A stretch of 64,000 nt of DNA from assembly GCF_057098645.1 (NCBI RefSeq), contig NZ_CM169472.1; one strand, 5' to 3'. The position numbers and the translations under genes were made by a program. The notes under the pieces were generated by a model that searched no databases, was not told the origin of the DNA, and was given only the letters and a program-made list of their open reading frames with translations. Positions 8,987 through 26,013 of the stretch are shown piece by piece (position 1 is the stretch's first letter; each line of letters starts with the position of its first letter).

Positions 8987-9969
8987 TTCCTGATTATTTA
9001 ACTTTTATTCGCTTTCAGGATAAACGAAATCTGATATACATTTATGCTATTGGACTTATTCTGATAGGCTTTTATTGGAAAAATGCAGGGTTTACTTTTC
9101 CATCAGAGGATATTGGTGTAGTTAGTGGGATTCTGGCCCTGGTGCTGTATAATTTTATTTTTGATCTCAAGGCGTACTGGGCTTATAAATGCGTCACGAA
9201 GAATATCGATTTTTCGTGGTTTAAGAAAAAGCAGAACCACAAAATAGAATTATTTCTTACACAACCTCTGGTGGCAGGATTTCTGTCGTTAATCATGTTG
9301 AGTGCAATGAGTTGGGGGCTATACCAGCTTCTACCCTCGTTATATGCGCTGTTCCTGATTTCGTTACTTGGGCCGTTGGTCATCTTTCTGTTGTTTCGGA
9401 TGATCCGCACCAGTTATGTCAAGCAGGTCGCTATTTCAGTAGCGAAAAAAGTAAAATATAAAAGTCTGACTCGCTATGTGCTGCTTTCGGTGTGTATCTC
9501 AACGGTTGTTAACCTGCTTACTATCAGCCCGTTGCGTAACAGTGATTCTTTTGTGACAGAGGGGCAGTGGTTAACGTTTAAATCGATAATTGCATTGCTC
9601 ATTCTTTGTGGCGTAGTGTTGGCGATTAATCTATTTTTTCTGCGCTTCTCCAAGCGGTACGCTTTTCTGGGCAGGCTTTTTTTGCAGGAAATCGATCTGT
9701 TTTTCTCCAGTGAAAATGCGTTGTCGACCTTTTTTGCCAAGCCGCTTTGGCTTCGGTTATTCATATTGCTGGTTATTGAAGTGATGTGGATTACGCTGGT
9801 GTCGGTATTGGCAACGCTTGTGGAATGGCGGATTTGGTTTGAAGCCTATTTTTTACTCTGCTATGTACCGTGCTTAATTTACTATTTTTTCCATTGTCGG
9901 TTCCTCTGGCATAACGATTTTATGATGGCATGTGACATGTATTTCCGTTGGGGGCATTTTAATAAGTGA
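8983..9969 (+). CDS. ycdU: Polytopic inner-membrane protein YcdU
   Basis: 328 aa, multiple hydrophobic helices; ATGA overlap with the acyltransferase gene; position upstream of serX. Confidence 0.75.
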
Positions 9970-10120
9970 GGAAGTTACAGAAAGTGACCAGATAGCGCAT
10001 ATATGTTCTGTACTCTCTTGCGCATTTTGATTGTTGACTGAGCAATCAGACAGTTGATGTGCACGATTTCCCCTCGCCCTAACAGACGTGGGCGGGGGCT
10101 CCCGATGTGTGCAATATACG

Positions 10121-10148
10121 AAAAAAAAGCCCGTACTTTCGTACGGGC
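10121..10148 (-). terminator. Rho-independent terminator downstream of serX
   Basis: Plus strand A8 then GCCCGTAC-TTTC-GTACGGGC; on the minus strand this is a hairpin followed by a U-run just past the tRNA 3' end. Confidence 0.7.
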
Positions 10149-10161
10149 TCTTCTTTAAATA

Positions 10162-10249
10162 TGGCGGTGAGGGGGGGATTCGAACCCCCGATACGTTGCC
10201 GTATACACACTTTCCAGGCGTGCTCCTTCAGCCACTCGGACACCTCACC
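10162..10249 (-). tRNA. serX: tRNA-Ser (anticodon GGA), 88 nt with long variable arm and encoded CCA
   Basis: Reverse complement reads GGTGAGGTGTCCGAGTGGCTGAAGGAGCACGCCTGGAAAGTGTG...GGTTCGAATCCCCCCCTCACCGCCA; T-arm GGTTCGAATCC present. Confidence 0.9.
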
Positions 10250-10443
10250 AAATTGTCGTTCCTGTCTTGCTGGAACGGGCGCTAATTTAGGGAAATCATG
10301 ACCTGAGGTCAACAAACTTTTTGAAAAAATCGCGCGTTTATTCAAACTTCAATCAATATGTGGTTTTAATAAGCGAAATCTGCTTTTTTTGCCACCGACC
10401 ACGGATTTGTTATGCTGGTGGTCTTTGTAGATGATAACGATAA

Positions 10444-11421
<978 letters not shown>

Positions 11422-11475
11422 TAAAGCATCAGGATTCCTGCTATCCTTGGCGGGAATTGAATACAGGAGAGAGTT

Positions 11476-12213
11476 ATGTATCCCGTCGACCTTCATATGC
11501 ATACCGTTGCCAGCACACATGCATATAGCACATTGAGTGATTACATTGCCCAGGCCAAACAAAAGGGCATTAAACTTTTTGCGATCACCGATCATGGCCC
11601 GGATATGGAAGATGCGCCGCATCACTGGCACTTCATTAACATGCGTATCTGGCCGCGAGTGGTTGATGGGGTAGGGATCCTGCGCGGCATCGAAGCTAAC
11701 ATTAAAAATGTTGATGGTGAAATTGATTGCAGCGGTAAAATGTTTGACTCGCTGGATCTGATTATTGCCGGTTTTCATGAGCCGGTTTTTGCACCACATG
11801 ACAAAGCGACCAATACACAAGCGATGATCGCCACTATCGCCAGCGGCAATGTGCATATAATAAGCCATCCCGGAAATCCGAAATATGAAATAGATGTTAA
11901 AGCCGTTGCTGAAGCAGCCGCGAAACATCAGGTGGCGCTGGAAATCAATAATTCCTCATTTTTACACTCACGCAAGGGCAGTGAAGACAACTGTCGTGCG
12001 GTAGCCGCAGCGGTACGTGATGCTGGAGGTTGGGTGGCATTAGGCTCGGATTCTCACACCGCGTTTACCATGGGGGAATTTGAAGAGTGTCTTAAAATCC
12101 TCGACGCGGTAGATTTTCCGCCAGAGCGCATTTTGAATGTTTCTCCGCGCCGCTTACTGAACTTCCTTGAATCTCGCGGTATGGCACCGATTGCGGAATT
12201 TGCAGACCTTTAA
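11476..12213 (+). CDS. ycdX: PHP-domain phosphatase YcdX
   Basis: 245 aa; [17 protein letters not shown]is-rich PHP motif. Confidence 0.9.
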
Positions 12214-12236
12214 TTACTAGTAATGGAAATATATTA

Positions 12237-12791
12237 ATGAACGAGTTTTCTATCCTCTGTCGTGTGCTGGGTTCGCTCTATTACCGCCAACCACAAGATC
12301 CTTTACTGGTGCCGCTGTTTACTCTGATTCGTGAGGGGAAACTGGCTGCGAACTGGCCACTGGAGCAGGATGAGTTACTGACGCGTTTACAGAAAAGTTG
12401 TGATATGACGCAAGTCTCTGCCGATTACAATGCGTTGTTTATCGGCGATGAATGTGCCGTGCCGCCATATCGTAGCGCATGGGTTGAGGACGCAACGGAA
12501 GCGGAAGTGCGCGCTTTTCTTTCCGAACGAGGGATGCCACTGGCGGATACGCCAGCCGATCACATCGGCACATTGCTGCTTGCGGCTTCCTGGCTGGAAG
12601 ATCAGTCAACGGAAGATGAGAGCGAAGCACTGGAAACACTGTTCAGTGAGTATCTGTTACCCTGGTGTGGCGCGTTCCTTGGCAAAGTGGAGGCCCATGC
12701 AACCACGCCTTTCTGGCGCACCATGGCACCGCTAACCCGTGATGCCATTAGTGCAATGTGGGACGAGCTGGAAGAGGATTCTGAAGAGTAA
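12237..12791 (+). CDS. ycdY: Chaperone YcdY (redox-enzyme maturation protein family)
   Basis: 184 aa ORF immediately after ycdX; product recognised. Confidence 0.85.
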   Translation: MNEFSILCRVLGSLYYRQPQDPLLVPLFTLIREGKLAANWPLEQDELLTRLQKSCDMTQVSADYNALFIGDECAVPPYRSAWVEDATEAEVRAFLSERGMPLADTPADHIGTLLLAASWLEDQSTEDESEALETLFSEYLLPWCGAFLGKVEAHATTPFWRTMAPLTRDAISAMWDELEEDSEE

Positions 12792-12892
12792 ATGTGATCT
12801 TCGTCACTCATGACTGCAACGGATAATTTGTTGTTGCATAAAATGTGTGCTCGATCTCATTCATGGCCGCGTTTTCTGCTATCATGCGCGGC

Positions 12893-13384
12893 ATGAACAT
12901 ACTTCTCTCTATTGCAATCACAACAGGCATTCTCTCCGGTATCTGGGGATGGGTGGCTGTTTCCCTGGGCTTACTAAGCTGGGCGGGCTTCCTGGGCTGT
13001 ACGGCCTACTTTGCTTGCCCGCAAGGTGGGCTGAAAGGGCTGGCGATCTCCGCTGCAACCCTGCTTAGTGGCGTGGTGTGGGCGATGGTCATTATTTACG
13101 GTAGTGCACTGGCACCACATCTGGAAATTCTCGGTTATGTCATAACCGGTATTGTCGCGTTTCTGATGTGTATTCAGGCCAAACAGCTGCTGCTTTCATT
13201 TGTTCCGGGGACGTTTATAGGCGCATGCGCGACGTTTGCCGGGCAGGGTGACTGGAAACTGGTGTTACCTTCGCTGGCGCTTGGGCTGGTATTTGGTTAC
13301 GCAATGAAAAACAGCGGCCTGTGGCTGGCGGCGCGTAGTGCAAAGACGGCTCACCGTGAGCAGGAAATCAAAAATAAAGCGTGA
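12893..13384 (+). CDS. ycdZ: Inner-membrane protein YcdZ
   Basis: ATG 12893 (MNILLSIAITTGIL) inside ORF 12845..13384; hydrophobic throughout. Confidence 0.8.
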   Translation: MNILLSIAITTGILSGIWGWVAVSLGLLSWAGFLGCTAYFACPQGGLKGLAISAATLLSGVVWAMVIIYGSALAPHLEILGYVITGIVAFLMCIQAKQLLLSFVPGTFIGACATFAGQGDWKLVLPSLALGLVFGYAMKNSGLWLAARSAKTAHREQEIKNKA

Positions 13385-13411
13385 GGGGCACTCACGCTTT
13401 CGCTTAAACAG

Positions 13412-13445
13412 TAAAATGCCGGATTATTAATTCCGGCATTTTTAT
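13412..13445. terminator. Bidirectional terminator between convergent ycdZ and csgG
   Basis: ATGCCGGA-TTATTAAT-TCCGGCAT hairpin flanked by A-run upstream and T-run downstream. Confidence 0.65.
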
Positions 13446-13448
13446 CTG

Positions 13449-14282
13449 TCAGGATTCTGGTGGAACCGACATATGGCGGTATTTAACCAGAATGTCATTC
13501 TGCCGTTCTGCTTTGTTCTGCAAATCCCACAGACCACGGTCGATACCATCATTAATCAGGAAAATGACCCCTGTTTCGATAGCCGACATCAGGCACAGCA
13601 TAACGGGTTCGTTTGAGGTGTAACCCACTTCCCCTTCCAGCAAGCGCTGGTAGTCAATAAAGCGGAAAACCCCGGCCTGAACTTCATAGGAAAGTATCGT
13701 CTTACTGGTGTTCACCGAGGAGAGGATCTCACCGGTACTCACATTGACGACGCGCAGGTTCACGGCAATCTGATCGAGCTGGTATTGCGTATCGGCACCG
13801 ATCCCAAAATATCTTGCCCCAACCCCGCCAGATTTGACGTTGCTTTCATAACCGATAATCGAACCTTCAACCATGATATTTGCCGCCGTTAAAGATTGCA
13901 GCGGGATTCGGTTATTAATGGCAACCGTGCCGTTTTCTTGTGCCGCACGAATAATCTTGCGCTCGTTAAGAAGGTTTTGTAAGCCCTGGCGCTCCAGCGG
14001 TATAAACCAGCGAGAATCTTTCAATGCCGTGACCAGCATTGCCGTGGCGCTTTGCGGAACAGCAGTGGAGAAGTTACTTGCCGGGTAGGGTTTAAATTGC
14101 CCGGTTTCGTCCTGAATGTTGTATACCGAAACAAAGATCTTACCCGTCGGCGCTGGCAGATGGGTCAAATCTTTGTAGCTCTGAGCTCGAGGCATTAATG
14201 TCGGTCTGGCGGCTTCTTTAGGCGGGGCGGTTAAGCATCCGCTCAGTAACATGACGGCAACCAAAAGAAATAAGCGCTGCAT
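13449..14282 (-). CDS. csgG: Curli secretion channel CsgG
   Basis: 277 aa; lipoprotein signal LLSGCLTAPPKE; product recognised. Confidence 0.95.
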   Translation of the reverse strand: MQRLFLLVAVMLLSGCLTAPPKEAARPTLMPRAQSYKDLTHLPAPTGKIFVSVYNIQDETGQFKPYPASNFSTAVPQSATAMLVTALKDSRWFIPLERQGLQNLLNERKIIRAAQENGTVAINNRIPLQSLTAANIMVEGSIIGYESNVKSGGVGARYFGIGADTQYQLDQIAVNLRVVNVSTGEILSSVNTSKTILSYEVQAGVFRFIDYQRLLEGEVGYTSNEPVMLCLMSAIETGVIFLINDGIDRGLWDLQNKAERQNDILVKYRHMSVPPES

Positions 14283-14308
14283 GATTATTTTCCTTATGAG
14301 GCTGGGGC

Positions 14309-14725
14309 TTAAAAATCGGTTGAGTTATTTTGTAAACCCGAAACCTGGATGGTCGAGGTTTGTCCGGTTTTACGATCTGTCACGTTCAACTGCAATTGAC
14401 CATCGCGGTTAGCAATATCAACAATATAATCGTTGGTCACCATGCGGCCCGGTTTACCGGTATTAATATTCGACAGTAGCCCACCTAAAATTTGTGACTG
14501 GATGGCCTGAGTAAAGTTATCTAACGCTGAGGGTGTTTCAATACCAAAGTCATCGTTATAGCTCGGATCTTTATAAGAGTTTTGGGCCTGAGCGCTATTT
14601 AATAAAAAAGCGCCATTATTTGGGTTACCACCAAAGTTTGGATTACGGAACTGAAAAGTCATGGTTCCAGCCCAACTTAATGGCGAAATAAGCATGAGTA
14701 GAACTACTGCATGTTTGACACGCAT
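14309..14725 (-). CDS. csgF: Curli assembly protein CsgF
   Basis: 138 aa; recognised. Confidence 0.93.
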
Positions 14726-14749
14726 TGCAGCCTCCGAACAATTTTTTAT

Positions 14750-15139
14750 TTAGAATTCATCATGCGCCAAATCGCCCGTACTTAATAACGCCTGATTTAT
14801 CTGGCGACGATTTAGTGCTTCTTCAGTTTGAATCAGTGCAAAGACGACAGTTTTCTCGAAGTCTCTTTTCAACGGGAATAAAAAAGTCTGGAAAATAACA
14901 TCCTGATTAACCGTTATTGTGATCCAGCTTCCCCATCGTGCACTGGGCCTTTCATTAATCGTTAAGTTACCCGTATAGTCACTTTCCCATTTATCACTAA
15001 AGGCTCGGTAAAAATCATGGCCAATAGATGAAACAATATGGTCAGTTAACAATCCCGGGACTTCTACCTCAACGGCGTGAAGATTCCCTGCGGCGAACAG
15101 AAATTCTGCCGCCACAATCCAGCGTAAATAACGTTTCAT
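14750..15139 (-). CDS. csgE: Curli assembly/secretion protein CsgE
   Basis: 129 aa; recognised. Confidence 0.93.
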   Translation of the reverse strand: MKRYLRWIVAAEFLFAAGNLHAVEVEVPGLLTDHIVSSIGHDFYRAFSDKWESDYTGNLTINERPSARWGSWITITVNQDVIFQTFLFPLKRDFEKTVVFALIQTEEALNRRQINQALLSTGDLAHDEF

Positions 15140-15143
15140 GGCT

Positions 15144-15794
<651 letters not shown>

Positions 15795-16547
15795 GATGAA
15801 ACCCCGCTTTTTTTATTGATTGCACACCTGACAGCTGCCTCTAAAATAGAAGCACCAGAAGTACTGACAGATGTTGCACTGCTGTGTGTAGTAATAAATC
15901 AGCCCTAAATGGGTAAAATATAAAACTAATGGATTACATCTGATTTCAATCTAGCCATTACAAATCTTAAATCAAGTGTTAAACATGTAACTAAATGTAA
16001 CTCGTTATATTAAAATGTTAACATTAAGGTTCTATTAAGTTTAGAAATGATAGAAAAGTTGTACATTTGGTTTTTATTGCACAATTTTAAAAAATCATAC
16101 AAATGGTGATAACTTACTAATAATGCATATAAAAAATATTTCGGTGTAGTCCTTTCGTCATGTAAAACGTTCTTTTTTTTTCTCCACACCTCCGTGGACA
16201 ATTTTTTACTGCAAAAAGACGAGGTTTGTCACGGCTTGTGCGCAAGACATATCGCAGCAATCAGCGACGGGCAAGAAGAATGATTGTCTGGTGATTTTTG
16301 ATTGCGGAAAACCGAAATTTAAAAGAAAACAAAATATTTTTTGCGTAGATAACAACGTATTTACGTGGGTTTTAATACTTTGGTATGAACAAAAAAAGAA
16401 AAATACAACGCGCGGGTGAGTTATTAAAAATATTTCCGCAGACATACTTTCCATCGTAACGCAGCGTTAACAAAATACAGGTTGCGTTAACAACCAAGTT
16501 GAAATGATTTAATTTCTTAAATGTACGACCAGGTCCAGGGTGACAAC
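15795..16547. promoter_or_regulatory. csgD-csgB divergent intergenic regulatory region (~750 bp, AT-rich)
   Basis: Long AT-rich non-coding gap between divergent csgDEFG and csgBAC; only short spurious ORFs inside. Confidence 0.85.
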
Positions 16548-17003
16548 ATGAAAAACAAATTGTTATTTATGATGTTAACAATACTGGGTGCGCCTGGGAT
16601 TGCAGCCGCAGCAGGTTATGATTTAGCTAATTCAGAATATAACTTCGCGGTAAATGAATTGAGTAAGTCTTCATTTAATCAGGCAGCCATAATTGGTCAA
16701 GCTGGGACTAATAATAGTGCTCAGTTACGGCAGGGAGGCTCAAAACTTTTGGCGTTTGTTGCGCAAGAAGGTAGTAGCAACCGGGCAAAGATTGACCAGA
16801 CAGGAGATTATAACCTTGCATATATTGATCAGGCGGGCAATGCCAACGATGCCAGTATTTCGCAAGGTGCTTATGGTAATACTGCGATGATTATCCAGAA
16901 AGGTTCTGGTAATAAAGCAAATATTACACAGTATGGTACTCAAAAAACGGCAATTGTAGTGCAGAGACAGTCGCAAATGGCTATTCGCGTGACACAACGT
17001 TAA
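16548..17003 (+). CDS. csgB: Minor curlin nucleator CsgB
   Basis: ATG 16548 (MKNKLLFMMLTILGAPGIAAA) inside ORF 16521..17003; 151 aa. Confidence 0.93.
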   Translation: MKNKLLFMMLTILGAPGIAAAAGYDLANSEYNFAVNELSKSSFNQAAIIGQAGTNNSAQLRQGGSKLLAFVAQEGSSNRAKIDQTGDYNLAYIDQAGNANDASISQGAYGNTAMIIQKGSGNKANITQYGTQKTAIVVQRQSQMAIRVTQR

Positions 17004-17043
17004 TTTCCATTCGACTTTTAAATCAATCCGATGGGGGTTTTAC

Positions 17044-17499
17044 ATGAAACTTTTAAAAGTAGCAGCAATTGCAGCAATCGTATTCTCTGGTAGCGCTCTG
17101 GCAGGTGTTGTTCCTCAGTACGGCGGCGGCGGTAACCACGGTGGTGGCGGTAATAATAGCGGCCCAAATTCAGAGCTGAACATTTACCAGTACGGTGGCG
17201 GTAACTCTGCACTTGCTCTGCAAACTGATGCCCGTAACTCTGACTTGACTATTACCCAGCATGGCGGTGGTAACGGTGCAGATGTTGGTCAGGGCTCAGA
17301 TGACAGCTCAATCGATCTGACCCAACGTGGCTTCGGTAACAGCGCCACTCTTGATCAGTGGAACGGCAAAAATTCTGAAATGACTGTTAAACAGTTCGGT
17401 GGCGGCAACGGTGCAGCGGTTGACCAGACTGCTTCTAATTCCACCGTCAACGTCACTCAGGTTGGCTTTGGTAACAACGCGACCGCTCATCAGTACTAA
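17044..17499 (+). CDS. csgA: Major curlin subunit CsgA
   Basis: 151 aa; five imperfect Gln/Asn-rich repeats. Confidence 0.95.
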   Translation: MKLLKVAAIAAIVFSGSALAGVVPQYGGGGNHGGGGNNSGPNSELNIYQYGGGNSALALQTDARNSDLTITQHGGGNGADVGQGSDDSSIDLTQRGFGNSATLDQWNGKNSEMTVKQFGGGNGAAVDQTASNSTVNVTQVGFGNNATAHQY

Positions 17500-17518
17500 T
17501 ACATCCTCTGTATTAAAG

Positions 17519-17545
17519 AAACAGGGCGCAAGCCCTGTTTTTTTT
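17519..17545 (+). terminator. Rho-independent terminator after csgA
   Basis: ACAGGGCGCAAGCCCTGT hairpin followed by T8. Confidence 0.8.
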
Positions 17546-17557
17546 CGGGAGAAGAAT

Positions 17558-17941
<384 letters not shown>

Positions 17942-17942
17942 G

Positions 17943-18322
<380 letters not shown>

Positions 18323-18416
18323 GTTTCTGAACAACTCACCTTGCTGAGCAGAAAAATGCGATTTAACCAAAAAGCCTGCTGTACACTTAAGAAACAAGAA
18401 GGTGTAAGGAGGCGTT

Positions 18417-18950
18417 ATGAAAACGCGTATTCATGTTGTGCAGGGTGATATTACCAAACTGGCCGTTGATGTGATTGTGAATGCGGCTAATCCGTCATTA
18501 ATGGGAGGCGGCGGCGTCGATGGGGCCATTCATCGCGCAGCGGGTCCGGCCCTGCTGGATGCCTGTTTAAAAGTCAGGCAACAGCAGGGCGATTGCCCTA
18601 CGGGGCATGCCGTTATTACGCTTGCAGGCGATCTTCCCGCTAAAGCCGTAGTGCACACCGTCGGGCCAGTCTGGCGTGGTGGTGAACAAAACGAAGACCA
18701 GCTTTTGCAGGATGCCTATCTCAATAGCCTACGACTGGTGGCGGCAAACAGCTATACGTCAGTGGCTTTTACTGCAATCAGTACTGGGGTTTATGGTTAC
18801 CCTCGTGCGGCAGCGGCTGAAATCGCAGTAAAAACCGTTTCAGAATTTATTACCCGTCACGCTTTACCCGAACAGGTATACTTTGTCTGTTATGATGAAG
18901 AAAACGCCCACCTCTACGAAAGACTCCTTACCCAACAAGGAGATGAATGA
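18417..18950 (+). CDS. ymdB: Macro-domain protein YmdB (O-acetyl-ADP-ribose deacetylase)
   Basis: 177 aa; macro-domain motifs [23 protein letters not shown]. Confidence 0.93.
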   Translation: MKTRIHVVQGDITKLAVDVIVNAANPSLMGGGGVDGAIHRAAGPALLDACLKVRQQQGDCPTGHAVITLAGDLPAKAVVHTVGPVWRGGEQNEDQLLQDAYLNSLRLVAANSYTSVAFTAISTGVYGYPRAAAAEIAVKTVSEFITRHALPEQVYFVCYDEENAHLYERLLTQQGDE

Positions 18951-20373
18951 TTTGCCCCGGCTGGCGAGCGCGGTGCTGCCACTGTGTTCGCAACATCCCG
19001 GTCAGTGTGGTCTTTTCCCTCTGGAGAAAAGTCTGGATGCGTTTGCCGCCCGGTATCGTCTGGCCGAAATGGCAGAGCATACACTGGATGTTCAGTATTA
19101 CATCTGGCAGGACGATATGTCGGGTCGGTTACTGTTTTCCGCCCTGTTAGCCGCAGCAAAGCGTGGCGTTCGCGTCCGTTTGTTGCTGGACGACAACAAT
19201 ACACCCGGACTTGACGACATTTTACGCTTGCTTGACAGTCATCCCCGCATTGAAGTCCGGCTTTTTAATCCTTTCTCGTTTCGCTTGCTACGTCCGCTTG
19301 GTTATATCACCGACTTTTCCCGTCTCAATCGCCGTATGCACAATAAAAGTTTCACTGTCGATGGCGTGGTGACTCTGGTAGGGGGGCGAAATATTGGTGA
19401 TGCCTATTTTGGAGCAGGGGAGGAGCCACTTTTTTCGGATTTAGATGTCATGGCAATAGGACCAGTTGTAGAGGACGTTGCCGATGATTTCGCCCGCTAC
19501 TGGTATTGTAAATCGGTTTCACCCTTACAGCAGGTGCTGGATGTCCCGGAAGGTGAAATGGCGGATCGCATCGAGTTACCCGCCTCCTGGCATGACGATG
19601 CCATGACGCATCGTTATTTACGCAAAATGGAATCCAGCCCGTTTATAAATCATCTGGTTGATGGAACGTTGCCGCTTATCTGGGCGAAAACACGTTTATT
19701 AAGTGATGATCCGGCGAAAGGGGAGGGCAAGGCAAAACGGCATTCACTGTTACCGCAGCGCCTGTTCGATATCATGGGCTCACCCAGTGAACGCATCGAT
19801 ATTATCTCTTCCTATTTTGTACCGACACGCGCAGGTGTGGCGCAACTCTTACGGATGGTGAGAAAAGGGGTAAAGATTGCGATCCTAACCAATTCTCTTG
19901 CCGCTAACGATGTTGCTGTCGTCCATGCCGGATACGCGCGCTGGCGAAAAAAATTGCTCCGCTACGGCGTGGAATTATATGAACTCAAGCCGACGCGTGA
20001 ACAAAGTAGTACGTTACACGATCGCGGCATAACCGGTAATTCCGGTGCCAGCCTGCATGCTAAAACCTTTAGCATCGATGGTAAAACGGTGTTTATCGGC
20101 TCTTTCAATTTCGATCCACGTTCGACATTGCTCAATACTGAAATGGGCTTCGTGATAGAGAGCGAAACGCTGGCACAGTTAATTGATAAACGCTTTATTC
20201 AGAGCCAGTATGATGCGGCCTGGCAGCTCCGTCTGGACAGGTGGGGGCGGATCAACTGGGTTGATCGTCATGCAAAGAAAGAGATTGTTCTCAAAAAAGA
20301 ACCCGCCACCAGTTTCTGGAAGCGGGTTATGGTCAGACTGGCGTCGATATTGCCCGTGGAATGGTTATTGTAA
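18943..20373 (+). CDS. clsC: Cardiolipin synthase C (phospholipase D family)
   Basis: ATG 18943 (MNDLPRLAS) overlapping ymdB stop by 8 nt; two HxK motifs (RMHNKSF, LHAKTF). Confidence 0.88.
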   Translation: MNDLPRLASAVLPLCSQHPGQCGLFPLEKSLDAFAARYRLAEMAEHTLDVQYYIWQDDMSGRLLFSALLAAAKRGVRVRLLLDDNNTPGLDDILRLLDSHPRIEVRLFNPFSFRLLRPLGYITDFSRLNRRMHNKSFTVDGVVTLVGGRNIGDAYFGAGEEPLFSDLDVMAIGPVVEDVADDFARYWYCKSVSPLQQVLDVPEGEMADRIELPASWHDDAMTHRYLRKMESSPFINHLVDGTLPLIWAKTRLLSDDPAKGEGKAKRHSLLPQRLFDIMGSPSERIDIISSYFVPTRAGVAQLLRMVRKGVKIAILTNSLAANDVAVVHAGYARWRKKLLRYGVELYELKPTREQSSTLHDRGITGNSGASLHAKTFSIDGKTVFIGSFNFDPRSTLLNTEMGFVIESETLAQLIDKRFIQSQYDAAWQLRLDRWGRINWVDRHAKKEIVLKKEPATSFWKRVMVRLASILPVEWLL

Positions 20374-20380
20374 ACGCGGC

Positions 20381-21538
20381 TTAACGGGCTGGTGCTTTAT
20401 CGTTCTCACGCTTAACAACCGGTTTACCAGAGAACAAAAACTTCAGTAACGGGATGCGCAAATGAATTTCATACAGAATTATCGCAATCCCTACTACGAA
20501 TATCAGGCCACAGAGAAAACCAAGCCAGTTGGAGGTGATGTGCGGTGTAATGTATGCGCCGAAAAACAGCGTTAACGGGTGGTGAACCAGATAGATAAAC
20601 AGCGATGCGTTAACAAAATAAGTCACCCGCGCTGACTGGAAGTTAAGCAAACGGTGGCCAAAGGAGAAGACCACATTCACCATCCACAGACCGAGGACCA
20701 TGGTGATCACCGACTCGGTTTCGTACATCCAGGCATCGCCACTGCCATAGCGCTGGTTGAGTAAATAAGCGACAAACGCCAATGCTGCTGCAAGGGTACA
20801 GCCACGAGACGGCGTGGTAAACAAGGCTTTAAGATGAGGGAAAATGAAAGCCAGTGCGCCGAGGATAAAGAACGGCAAATAAAATAGCGTTTGCATGACA
20901 ATAAAATTGAACATGCCGTTACTCAGAATGGGCGGATACACAATAAAAATCGTTCTTCTTATTACCGCATAGCCGATGCCGAGGCACAAAAAAATCACCG
21001 ATAGTTTTACCATCGAGAATTTTTTATTCGTTTTATCAGAATTTTCTAAATTATTTCTGATGCGTTTGAATATCCAGACGCACAGCGTCGTCATGACCAC
21101 TAACACCAATAAAAACCACAGGTGCGATATTAATTCCCAGGCTAACGTATTATATTTGTCATACAATGACAGCCCAGGCCAACTTTCCGCTTTCCCTTTG
21201 ACGTATTGCAGCATAATAAATTGCGGCAATGTCAGTAGGGGGATGGCTGTTAACATCGGGATCCCTACACGTTCGACACGTACTTTCCACCATTTTTTCA
21301 AGGGATAGCGTAAAAAAAGCATGTAGGAAAAGTACCCGGATATAACGAAAAATACCTGCATGCGGAACGAGTGGATGAAGTCATTAAAAAGGGTCAGCCA
21401 CAATGACGGTTCGGCGCTATTCACATGCCATGTATGGCTCGAATAGATTAAAGAAATATGAAAAGGGATCCCTAACAACATCAGCCAGGCGCGGATGGAG
21501 TCGAGGAAATATTCACGTTGCGCGGGTACTGGATTCAT
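20381..21538 (-). CDS. opgC: Osmoregulated periplasmic glucan succinyltransferase OpgC
   Basis: 385 aa polytopic membrane acyltransferase; recognised. Confidence 0.9.
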   Translation of the reverse strand: MNPVPAQREYFLDSIRAWLMLLGIPFHISLIYSSHTWHVNSAEPSLWLTLFNDFIHSFRMQVFFVISGYFSYMLFLRYPLKKWWKVRVERVGIPMLTAIPLLTLPQFIMLQYVKGKAESWPGLSLYDKYNTLAWELISHLWFLLVLVVMTTLCVWIFKRIRNNLENSDKTNKKFSMVKLSVIFLCLGIGYAVIRRTIFIVYPPILSNGMFNFIVMQTLFYLPFFILGALAFIFPHLKALFTTPSRGCTLAAALAFVAYLLNQRYGSGDAWMYETESVITMVLGLWMVNVVFSFGHRLLNFQSARVTYFVNASLFIYLVHHPLTLFFGAYITPHITSNWLGFLCGLIFVVGIAIILYEIHLRIPLLKFLFSGKPVVKRENDKAPAR

Positions 21539-21820
21539 ATATGGTTAACTAATCTCGGATTTTTCGTCTTATCCCTGTCGGGTTATGCCTTTAGGCTTGT
21601 TGCCATAGCGACACCGACCTGACCGCGCCAGGCGCAGGCTTCAAGGTTTTTATGCATAGCATCATCGCTACCACTAACCAGAATGGAAGCGTCTGTAAGA
21701 CGGTTGATAAATAAATTTGCTGGCAAACCCTACACGAAGTCGATGCTTCTGTCTTTAGGAGAAGCACGGAAAGTGAAAACGGTTGCAATCAGGTGCTTAA
21801 TCCATGAGCCAGCGTGCTGA

Positions 21821-26003
<4,183 letters not shown>

Positions 26004-26013
26004 AAACGTAGTT

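Noticed and set aside
16010-16454. Two short minus-strand ORFs (63 and 82 aa) in the csgD-csgB intergenic region
   Set aside because: Inside a known AT-rich regulatory region; no ribosome-binding sites; sequence consistent with promoter DNA.
21591-21788. 65-aa ORF in the opgC-opgG intergenic region
   Set aside because: Short, inside a divergent promoter region, no ribosome-binding site.
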